In this document: positions 18,913-26,360 of the stretch, one piece after another
Layout of the letters: each line of letters begins with the position of its first letter
Numbering within the stretch: the first letter of the stretch is position 1
Source: Candidatus Dormiibacterota bacterium
Lineage (GTDB): Bacteria; Chloroflexota; Dormibacteria; CF-121
Assembly: GCA_036390825.1 (NCBI GenBank)
Contig: DASWBA010000183.1
Span: forward strand, 29,102-93,101
Direction of reading: 5' to 3'
Length of the DNA stretch: 64,000 bases
Translations under genes and position numbers: made by a program
The notes under the pieces: generated by a model
Database searches by the model: none
Told to the model about the DNA's origin: nothing
The model's input: the letters and a program-made list of their open reading frames with translations, nothing else

Positions 18913-19748
18913 CCGCCTGGCTCAGGTAAAGGCAGCGGCGCCAGCAAAGTTCCGTAGGCGTCTGAATGGAGACCACGCCGGTAAATCTCGACTCGAAGCA
19001 GCTCCTCGAGCCGGACGTTGCTCAGGTGAATGTGGGGTCCGAAGTGGTTGAGGAAGTCGAACTGGCTCCGCTTGTTGGGCGCCTCGAAGATCGTGCTCTC
19101 CATGCCGAAAGCCTTCGCGAAAGCCTCAGCCGCATCGAAATTGAGGCGGCCGGAGTCGTCGAACAGCCCGACCTGCTGGGCGCTTTCGCGGGCCTCGACG
19201 ACAATCGCAACCGCGCCCGCGTCGAGCCATTCGTGTCCAATCGCTATGAGCTCCCCGACCACACGCTCGGTGAACGCTCCGCCGTGCTTGTCGCCGAGCT
19301 CCATCTGGACCGAGAGCCCAAAGCGCCGGGCGAGCGCCACGATCTGTGTCGGCGTGTGCTTCATCTCTGTGAAGCCGTGCCCCGCTTCGATGCGATCGAT
19401 GCCGAGGCTCGCGCAAAGCTCGAAATAATCTTCCAGGCGCCCGCGGTCCTTGGCGATCTCGAACGGGCCGCCGCCTGTGACGAGGATCACGTTTCGGCGC
19501 TTCGCCGCAGCGATCTTGGCTCGAGTTGCCGCCTCGTCCGCGATCAGCCAGCAGCACATCGAGAGCTTCAACAGGCTGATGAGGTGCCCGCTCTGCTCGA
19601 TGTGGCTGACCACGGTCGCGACGTCATAGCCGGGATCGAACGGGCTGGTGAGCGGCGGCAGGTCCAGGACCCCTAACGAACGGATAAAGTCGCGAGTCGT
19701 CTTCCTGGCCGACGAGCCGTTGACGGTGGTCACGTTGAGCATTTCCAT
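18909..19748 (-). CDS. comA: (2R)-phospho-3-sulfolactate synthase
   Basis: ComA-like TIM-barrel motifs ILVTGGGPFEIA, LGIDRIEAGHGFTEM, SVQMELGDKH. The stop overlaps the comB start (ATGA). The N-terminal half is divergent. Confidence 0.7.
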   Translation of the reverse strand: MEMLNVTTVNGSSARKTTRDFIRSLGVLDLPPLTSPFDPGYDVATVVSHIEQSGHLISLLKLSMCCWLIADEAATRAKIAAAKRRNVILVTGGGPFEIAKDRGRLEDYFELCASLGIDRIEAGHGFTEMKHTPTQIVALARRFGLSVQMELGDKHGGAFTERVVGELIAIGHEWLDAGAVAIVVEARESAQQVGLFDDSGRLNFDAAEAFAKAFGMESTIFEAPNKRSQFDFLNHFGPHIHLSNVRLEELLRVEIYRRGLHSDAYGTLLAPLPLPEPGG

Positions 19749-19894
19749 CCCAGTCGATTGAGCCAGCGATTGCCAGTCGATTCAATCGGCGGCCCAGGGA
19801 ATCTTGTGGGCGGCTCTATCCAGGTCGATGGGCACCTGTCTCAGGGCGACCCAGGCTCCCCCAGGCTATATGTCATACTCTCCCGGCGGGAAAC

Positions 19895-19914
19895 TCCTTC
19901 ACATTCCTTCACAG
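19895..19914. promoter_or_regulatory. Perfect tandem 10-bp direct repeat TCCTTCACA(T/G) x2 in divergent promoter region
   Basis: Read directly: tccttcacat tccttcacag, ~90 nt upstream of the ATG at 20000. One helical turn spacing is typical of response-regulator sites. Confidence 0.4.
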
Positions 19915-19999
19915 GACGCTCGCAGGTTCTGGTGTGAGGGGTCGTTACACCAGGGGTCTAGCGCCCCGCCTTCGGAATCCACCTCGTCAGGAGGTTCAG

Positions 20000-21574
20000 A
20001 TGCGACGTTTGCTGGCCTGTGCCGCCGTGGCGGCATTCATGGTCCTACTGGTCTCCCCTGTCTTACCAGCAGCCAATACCACTTCCGTCCACGCGGCGAC
20101 TCAGAGCTACACCGATGACTTCAACTATGGCTCGCCGGCCTCTCCGCAGAGCATCGTCCCGGCCGCCATGGACGTGCAGATCAGCAAGCGCGACCAGGGC
20201 GACGACATGGACCCCACCCCGGCTCAGCACGGCACTGACTGCGCTGCACCGCCGGCGGTGCACATGATCACCACCCTGGCGGAGGGAGTGTTTGCCTGCA
20301 AGAACCACTTGATGACGGCCATCGTCGATGGCGGCTACGGCGAGATCGCCCTGACCCCGGCCGCCATGGTCGACTTCTCGTCCGGCACTTCGGTCGTCTC
20401 AGTCTCGGTGAGCACCTTGCAGCAGAACCTTCGCGACTGGGTCGAGGTTTTCATCACCCCGTTCGGTGAAACCATGGCCACGCCGACTGACTTCGCCTCC
20501 CAGGGCCCGCCTGCGCACGGCCTGCGCTTCTCCTTCAACCGAGCCGGCATCACCGCCACCTCAGAGGGAGACGTGGCGCGCTATGACAACTTCGCCAAGA
20601 CCGACCTGCCCAAAGCGCGTTCCCAGTCCCTGGCCGGCCTCGGTCTCAGCAGCCCCACGATACGCACGACCTACGAGATGGACATCTCCAGCGGTCATAT
20701 TCGCTTCGGCCTGCCGGCCTACAACGTCTGGTGGACGGACACCAACATTGCGCCCCTGGGTTTCACCCAGGGAGTGGTCACCCTGACCCACCACAGCTAC
20801 GACCCGGCCAAGAGCGGTCCGCCCTCCAGCTTTGATACCTGGCACTGGTCCGGGTTCTCGATCTCCAACGCGGTGCCCTTCACCATCCTGAACGGCGCCG
20901 AGCGCTCGATCAATGCCGGCGGAGCGACGACCGTTCACTTCCCCGCTCCAGCTCCGGCCAACGCCTTCCTGCGGTTCACCGGCCTGGGCCCGCAGGGAAG
21001 CACCTTCACGGTCAGCTACGACGGCGGCGCGACCTGGGTTTCGCCAGCCCTCCAGAACCATGCGTCTTGGGCTACGCATGCCGAGATCCCTTCCACCTAT
21101 TGGACGCCGGTTCCAGCAGGCACGACCACGGTGATGTTCCGCGGCGTGCACTGGTGGGGTGGCGCCTGGTGGGCACGTGATCCAGCGATCTGGTCGGCGC
21201 AAAGCGGCTCGCAGCCGCCGCCCACCAACCCGCCCACCAACCCGCCTACCAACCCACCGACCAACCCACCGACCAACCCACCGACCAACCCACCGACCAA
21301 CCCGCCGACCAACCCACCGACCAACCCGCCGACCAACCCACCGACCAACCCGCCCACCAACCATCCCACCAACCCACCCGCGGAGCCACCCGGCACAGGC
21401 TCAGGCTCTGGGGCCAACCGAGGCGGTGTGGCCCCCTCGCCTCCGGCCACTCAGAGCGTGTTGACACGGCTGGTGGCGGTGGTCAATCCGAAGCAAGATC
21501 CGACTGTCACCGTGATCCTCATCCTGCTGGCTCTGGGGGCCCTGGTCGCCGTGTACCGGGTCATCCGAGCATGA
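20000..21574 (+). CDS. Secreted/cell-surface protein of unknown family: signal peptide, ~390-aa globular domain, (PPTN)13 linker, C-terminal TM anchor
   Basis: AGGAGG 6 nt upstream of the ATG at 20000. MRRLLACAAVAAFMVLLVSPVLPAA signal-like N-terminus. C-terminal TVILILLALGALVAVYRVIRA. Confidence 0.8.
   Translation: MRRLLACAAVAAFMVLLVSPVLPAANTTSVHAATQSYTDDFNYGSPASPQSIVPAAMDVQISKRDQGDDMDPTPAQHGTDCAAPPAVHMITTLAEGVFACKNHLMTAIVDGGYGEIALTPAAMVDFSSGTSVVSVSVSTLQQNLRDWVEVFITPFGETMATPTDFASQGPPAHGLRFSFNRAGITATSEGDVARYDNFAKTDLPKARSQSLAGLGLSSPTIRTTYEMDISSGHIRFGLPAYNVWWTDTNIAPLGFTQGVVTLTHHSYDPAKSGPPSSFDTWHWSGFSISNAVPFTILNGAERSINAGGATTVHFPAPAPANAFLRFTGLGPQGSTFTVSYDGGATWVSPALQNHASWATHAEIPSTYWTPVPAGTTTVMFRGVHWWGGAWWARDPAIWSAQSGSQPPPTNPPTNPPTNPPTNPPTNPPTNPPTNPPTNPPTNPPTNPPTNPPTNHPTNPPAEPPGTGSGSGANRGGVAPSPPATQSVLTRLVAVVNPKQDPTVTVILILLALGALVAVYRVIRA
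21218..21373 (+). repeat. 13 tandem copies of a 12-bp unit (CCN CCN ACC AAC) encoding PPTN
   Basis: Read directly from the sequence. Units differ only at synonymous third positions, except the last (CAT CCC ACC AAC, HPTN). Confidence 0.95.
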
Positions 21575-21620
21575 GGCCCACTGCCTGACTGGGAACAGCA
21601 ACCGCGCGCGAGTGCTACGA

Positions 21621-21653
21621 CGGCCGCAGCCCCCTGGCTGCGGCCGTTTCAAT
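21621..21653. terminator. Intrinsic (bidirectional) terminator between convergent genes
   Basis: 11-bp perfect stem CGGCCGCAGCC / GGCTGCGGCCG with loop CCCT, followed by TTTCAATT. Confidence 0.7.
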
Positions 21654-22763
21654 TCACGCGATTCGCGACGCCCTCATGGGCGCGGCTGCGACTGTGATCA
21701 TGAGCTCGATGATGCGGCGGTTGTTGGCGTCCGCGTCATGCTCGTGCTCGGCGATGCGACGGCTCGCCAGACCCATCCGGCGTCGCAAGCTGCTCGAGAG
21801 CACGAGCGATTCGAGCGCACGGCTTAAGTCGCCAGGATCGCCGGCTGGAACGAGCCAGCCGTTGATGCCGTTTCGAACCATCTCCGGAATCGCTCCTGTC
21901 CGCGACGCCACGATCGGAAGGCCGCACGCGAGTCCCTCTGCCACTGCTTGCGGGAAACAATCCCCTCGCGAAGGCAGCACGAATATGTCTGCCTCGCGAT
22001 ACAGGTTCACTATCTCGGGCGACTGCGGGCTGAGGCCTCGATGCACGCGGCAGACCACGTCCGGAGGCGGATCCACAGGCGAACCCGTGACCACGTCCAG
22101 CTCTGCGAGCGGCCCGAACCGCCTCATGGCCTGGAGCAGGTCTGCACCGCCCTTACGCTCGAAGTCTCCACCGACGAACAGGATCCGGACCGCTTTTCGA
22201 TTCCCGGCCCGGTCTAGTGGACGGAAGAGCGTCACGTCAACGCCGGGATGAATGACCGAAATCTTGTCCTGTGGCACGCCATAGTCGGCCACGAGCGAGT
22301 CAGCCGCCCACTGGCACCAGGAAACGAGCGCCGCCGCGCGCCGGAAGACAGACCGGTTCAACTGCAACTTGACCGCCTCGACCGCGGGTCGGTTGCGCGA
22401 GTGCCCATACGAGCGGCCCTGTGAGTCGAAGTTCAACGGGGTGGCGTCGAGGGACACCACGGTGGGAATCCTCTGCATGATCGACGCCGCGAGATGAGCC
22501 GCAACCTGGGTATGGATGAAAACGGCGTCGACGGGGCCTCTGCGCAACCGGCGAGCCAGAGCCGACCTGGCTTGCCGGCTGGCATCGAAGGTCCACGTCC
22601 GGAGACCGGGAATTCGCGCGGCCACACCGGGCCGGCGATGGTACTCGATGGGGATCACGGTCGATCGGACGGACCCTGCGTGCTGGTCGAGGGCGCGCCG
22701 GATGTTGCGGGCGTGAGCGACGTGGCCCAGAGTCTGCTCGAGAACGAAAACGAATTCACGCAA
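21654..22763 (-). CDS. Glycosyltransferase family 4 (GT-B)
   Basis: ILFVGGDFERKGGADLL and FVLPSRGDCFPQAVAEGLACGLPIVASRTGAIPEMV..GINGWL. Confidence 0.85.
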   Translation of the reverse strand: MREFVFVLEQTLGHVAHARNIRRALDQHAGSVRSTVIPIEYHRRPGVAARIPGLRTWTFDASRQARSALARRLRRGPVDAVFIHTQVAAHLAASIMQRIPTVVSLDATPLNFDSQGRSYGHSRNRPAVEAVKLQLNRSVFRRAAALVSWCQWAADSLVADYGVPQDKISVIHPGVDVTLFRPLDRAGNRKAVRILFVGGDFERKGGADLLQAMRRFGPLAELDVVTGSPVDPPPDVVCRVHRGLSPQSPEIVNLYREADIFVLPSRGDCFPQAVAEGLACGLPIVASRTGAIPEMVRNGINGWLVPAGDPGDLSRALESLVLSSSLRRRMGLASRRIAEHEHDADANNRRIIELMITVAAAPMRASRIA

Positions 22764-24303
22764 GGCTGCGCTTCTCGGCGGCGGGCTCAGGAAACAGGGC
22801 CGGTAGGACGTTCAACACCCCGAATATCGCGCCGATGAAAATCATGTTTCTGTAGCTTTCGAGCTGCAGGTCCGCGTACGCGACCAAGAGTTCACACACG
22901 ATGGCGCCTCCCACCAGCGCCACCAGGGTGAGCACGAATCGGTCGCGCTGCACAGAAAGCGCACGGCACACCTCGAGCAGCGCGGTCCCGAACAGCGCCC
23001 AGAAAGCGATGCTGCCCACCAGCCCCATGCGCACCCCGACCCAGAGCAGGGTGTTGTGTGGGATGTAGTTCCAGAGCGGATAGATGGTCGAGATGTCCGC
23101 CTGCGCCAGGACGGTCAAGAACGGCATGCCGAAGCCCATGCCGATCAACTTGTTGGTCTTAAAACTCAGCTGTAGGTTGATGTTTTCGGCCTGCCGATAG
23201 ATGTCCGACAGGTAGTCGCGCAGGCTGGGGTCGAACTGCGAACGTACGGGCCGCACCAACTGCCCGATCAGACCGTTCTGTACGTTCCAGAAGGCGATCA
23301 GAAAGGCCGTGACGATGACAGCGGCGATGAGCGCTAGCAGAATCACCCGCCGCCGATTGACCCCGTTGAACCGGATTGCCAGCAGAACGATGACGATCGC
23401 CCCGCCGGCGAGCGCAAGGATGCCTGCACGCCGTTCGTTGGCCAGCAGCGCCCCCGCCGCGATGGCGGTGGCGATCACCAGGAGGGTGAGCGCTCGTGTC
23501 CTGCCGGTCCAGATCAGCGCCGCCAGGGCGGCAAGTGGAAGCAGCGCCAGAAAGTAGGAGTCTTCATGGCCGAGAACGGTTTCGTGAGCGCCGAGGTTGT
23601 GGTTGAGCACGATGAAATAGCGGACGTCGCCGATGACACCTTTGAAGGCGATGGCGACCGCGGCGATCAGGGCCAGGCGTTCGAGGTCCTGGCGAGAGCG
23701 GATGACGAGCGAGGCAATCACGAAGCCTATGAAGCCGTACACCTGGGGGCGCAGCTCCCACAGCGACTTGTTGAAATCGCCTCCGTTGAGGAGACCGTGG
23801 ACCTCGCCCATCAGGACTGCCATCAGGAACAGCAGGTAGGGGGGGAAGAGGCGACCCTTGAAGAGCCGAGCGCGGATCATCGGTCCCGATCGAACCAGCG
23901 CGGCCACGATGGTGACGCCCATCAGCAGCTCGGCCGGCGTGACCGATACACCAATGCCAGCACTGTTGTTGAGGCCGTAGAAAAACGGGACCTCGTCGGT
24001 GAACGAGTCCGGGAAACGCAGGATGAAGACCTCGATGGTGATCGCAGCGCCGACCAGGATTTGCAGGCCGCGCAATGGCGCGGCGAAGATCCAAGGGGTG
24101 AGCACTGCAATTACAACCAGCAAGCCGATCGCGGGCACGGGGCGGGTTGCCTGGCCCAGTGTGACCAGCACAACGATCGCTGTCGCGACTGCGAGCAATG
24201 ATCGAATTCGGACTCGCGAAGGGAGGTTTGAGGGGACCTGTGAGTGGGCTCGCGAAGGGACGACTGCCGGCGCGCGCTGACTCAGTGGGAGTGCGGCGGC
24301 CAT
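22756..24303 (-). CDS. O-antigen ligase/polymerase-like (Wzy_C family) polytopic membrane protein
   Basis: About 12 predicted TM helices with a large loop and a HNTLLWVGVRMGLVGSIAFWALFG-type C-terminal segment. Sits between the GT and the Wzz/kinase genes. Confidence 0.6.
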   Translation of the reverse strand: MAAALPLSQRAPAVVPSRAHSQVPSNLPSRVRIRSLLAVATAIVVLVTLGQATRPVPAIGLLVVIAVLTPWIFAAPLRGLQILVGAAITIEVFILRFPDSFTDEVPFFYGLNNSAGIGVSVTPAELLMGVTIVAALVRSGPMIRARLFKGRLFPPYLLFLMAVLMGEVHGLLNGGDFNKSLWELRPQVYGFIGFVIASLVIRSRQDLERLALIAAVAIAFKGVIGDVRYFIVLNHNLGAHETVLGHEDSYFLALLPLAALAALIWTGRTRALTLLVIATAIAAGALLANERRAGILALAGGAIVIVLLAIRFNGVNRRRVILLALIAAVIVTAFLIAFWNVQNGLIGQLVRPVRSQFDPSLRDYLSDIYRQAENINLQLSFKTNKLIGMGFGMPFLTVLAQADISTIYPLWNYIPHNTLLWVGVRMGLVGSIAFWALFGTALLEVCRALSVQRDRFVLTLVALVGGAIVCELLVAYADLQLESYRNMIFIGAIFGVLNVLPALFPEPAAEKRSLA

Positions 24304-24309
24304 CCAGTT

Positions 24310-24438
24310 TCAGCGGGTGTACGCGATGTAACAGAGGACAAGCGCGATGGCGCCGATCAGGACGTAGGACTTCGCCGAAGAGCGTAAACCGATGAAGCCC
24401 AGACCCAGCGCCAGTGCGGGAATCGCAAGGAGAAGCAT
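24310..24438 (-). CDS. Possible 42-aa hydrophobic peptide
   Basis: MLLLAIPALALGLGFIGL...LIGAIALVLCYIAYTR. The ATG is 13 nt after the upstream stop, with GAGG nearby. There is no family recognition. Confidence 0.3.
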   Translation of the reverse strand: MLLLAIPALALGLGFIGLRSSAKSYVLIGAIALVLCYIAYTR

Positions 24439-24451
24439 GTGCGGCAGAGCC

Positions 24452-25198
24452 TCAGAGAATCCGGCGCAGCCAGCCGGGCGTTTTCGGCTCGTAGTCGTTG
24501 AGGACGACACCCGCAACGCGCTCGCGCCCGAGCAGGAACATCACCTTCTCGAGGTCATCTGTCATCGTTCGTCCATACCGAGCGATCACCAGAATCTTGT
24601 CGGCGAGCCGCGACGCCAGCGAGCTGTACGCGATGTTCAGCATCGGTGGCAGGTCGATGATGATGTTCGGAAAGCTGGCCTTGAACTTTTCGATGAGGTC
24701 ACTGCTGGTGAGGCGGAAGATCAGCCGCGCCGGATCGGATCCAGCGTCGCCCGCGGGCAGTACGAATGCGTTCTCCAGCGGCGCGGCCTGGATCAACCGG
24801 AGCCGATTCGACCCCTCGAGCCACGCGCACAGCCCGGGCCCGCGGTTGAGACCCAGCACCTGGTCGAAGCCTACGGAGCTGGCCAGATCGCTTTCGACCA
24901 GGAGCGTCGGTTCTCCCGTGTCGGCCGCCATCGCGACCGCGATTCCGATCGCGATCGACGTCTTGCCCTCGCCATGGACCGGACTCGTGATGCCAAGGAC
25001 GCGCTGCTGATGTTCGCCCCGTTCCTCGAACGGCACTGAGAGGTACGCCTGCCGGCAGCGGTCGATGAACCACGGGGGCATATTGATGAGCTTGGTTCGC
25101 TCGCGGCCGATGGCGGCGAAACCCGGTGGCGCCGGCTTTGGTTTGAGGGCAGCCGAGATCGCCTCTTCGATGTCCTGGTCGGAGATTGCCTCAGCCAT
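24452..25198 (-). CDS. BY-kinase-like P-loop ATPase (CpsD/Wzc C-terminal domain type) lacking a C-terminal tyrosine cluster
   Basis: Walker A SPVHGEGKTSIAIGIA, A' LLVESDL, B IIIDLPP. The C-terminus VVLNDYEPKTPGWLRRIL has a single Tyr. Confidence 0.75.
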   Translation of the reverse strand: MAEAISDQDIEEAISAALKPKPAPPGFAAIGRERTKLINMPPWFIDRCRQAYLSVPFEERGEHQQRVLGITSPVHGEGKTSIAIGIAVAMAADTGEPTLLVESDLASSVGFDQVLGLNRGPGLCAWLEGSNRLRLIQAAPLENAFVLPAGDAGSDPARLIFRLTSSDLIEKFKASFPNIIIDLPPMLNIAYSSLASRLADKILVIARYGRTMTDDLEKVMFLLGRERVAGVVLNDYEPKTPGWLRRIL

Positions 25199-26247
25199 CA
25201 GGTGGGTTTGGCGTTGAGGTTGCGGATCAAGGTTACGACTCGAACTCCGACCCGGCCCTCGATCTCCTTGGGATTTCGGGTTGTGCGGTCGATCCAGCCC
25301 AGGAACACGAGATACGCGATGCCCGGCAGAGCGGCTCCTGCAGCGATGGCTATGGCCAGCTTCTTGGTCACCGACGTGAACGTGCCCCCGCTGGTTGCCG
25401 GCGGGTCGATGACACGAAGAGCTGTCTGATCGATCTCGGAGGCGGCGTCGTACGAAAACTGGACCGCTTGGAGCTTGTCCTGGAGGTCGATGACCTGGGT
25501 CTGCGCCTGTCGCACATCACTTTGAAGGCGATCGAACTGGGGATCTGGAGCCGGGACGGTGTTGGCCGGGGTTGGGTGGCTGGCCACGTAGGCGTTGAAG
25601 GTGTCGATGGTCGCCTGCTGGTGCTCCTTGGCCTGCTGCAGCTGCGCCGTGTAGAACTTGCTGGCAACGTCGGCTTGCTGCTTTTCGGTCTGGATGAGCC
25701 AATCGCGGTGGACTGCGATCGTCGTGGTCAGCACCTGGACGCACACCGCGGCCATCCTGCATTCGACCTTGATGGTGACCAGGTGTGATCCCGCCGCCGT
25801 GGCCGTGAGCGTGCCTCTCACTTCCCCCAGGACCTGGTTGCTCTGAGACCAACTGTTCACGGTTCCGCTGTCGATCAGCCCCTGGCCCAGCTTCTGGTAA
25901 AAGCTGTCAGTCAGGATCAGCTGGTTGAGCGAGTCGACCGTGTTTTGCGCGGGGGTCAGGTACTGATTCCAGCCGCTGGCAGTCTGGATGTTGCCGATGT
26001 AGCTGGGGGTGTCGACCCACAGCTGAGCGGAGCCGTCTTTGCCCTGGAAGGCAAACAGCGCGGCTCCGCCCGCGATGAGGGGAAGCCCAAGACACAGCAG
26101 GGCAAACCTCACCCAGTGGCGAAAGAGGACTTCGAGGTACTTGAACATTGAATTGGGCGCACCGTGCCCTTGGCTGATGCTAGGGACGCAATCCGCTCGC
26201 TGTAATGAGTCAGCCGTCCCGTCCGGGGTAGGACATTCCGGCTTCAC
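25198..26247 (-). CDS. Polysaccharide co-polymerase / chain-length determinant (Wzz, PCP) protein
   Basis: N-terminal TM (FALLCLGLPLIAGGAALFAF), long coiled-coil ectodomain, C-terminal TM (LAIAIAAGAALPGIAYLVFLGW). One-nt junction with the ATPase gene. The start may be ATG at 26148. Confidence 0.7.
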   Translation of the reverse strand: MKPECPTPDGTADSLQRADCVPSISQGHGAPNSMFKYLEVLFRHWVRFALLCLGLPLIAGGAALFAFQGKDGSAQLWVDTPSYIGNIQTASGWNQYLTPAQNTVDSLNQLILTDSFYQKLGQGLIDSGTVNSWSQSNQVLGEVRGTLTATAAGSHLVTIKVECRMAAVCVQVLTTTIAVHRDWLIQTEKQQADVASKFYTAQLQQAKEHQQATIDTFNAYVASHPTPANTVPAPDPQFDRLQSDVRQAQTQVIDLQDKLQAVQFSYDAASEIDQTALRVIDPPATSGGTFTSVTKKLAIAIAAGAALPGIAYLVFLGWIDRTTRNPKEIEGRVGVRVVTLIRNLNAKPT

Positions 26248-26360
26248 CGCGTTGCCGAGGGCGGCTTAGGACTGCCGCCCAGAGACGTTCGGGACATCAC
26301 ATTCGGGTCGCCGGGGCGGCCGATTCCAGGGAGCGCCCTACTGGCCGAAGCTGTGAGTCG

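Noticed and set aside
20561-21450. Minus-strand ORFs through the PPTN repeat that encode (VGRW)n / (GGLV)n repeats.
   Set aside because: These are mirror images of the in-frame PPTN array of a well-supported plus-strand gene that has an SD, a signal peptide and a terminator.
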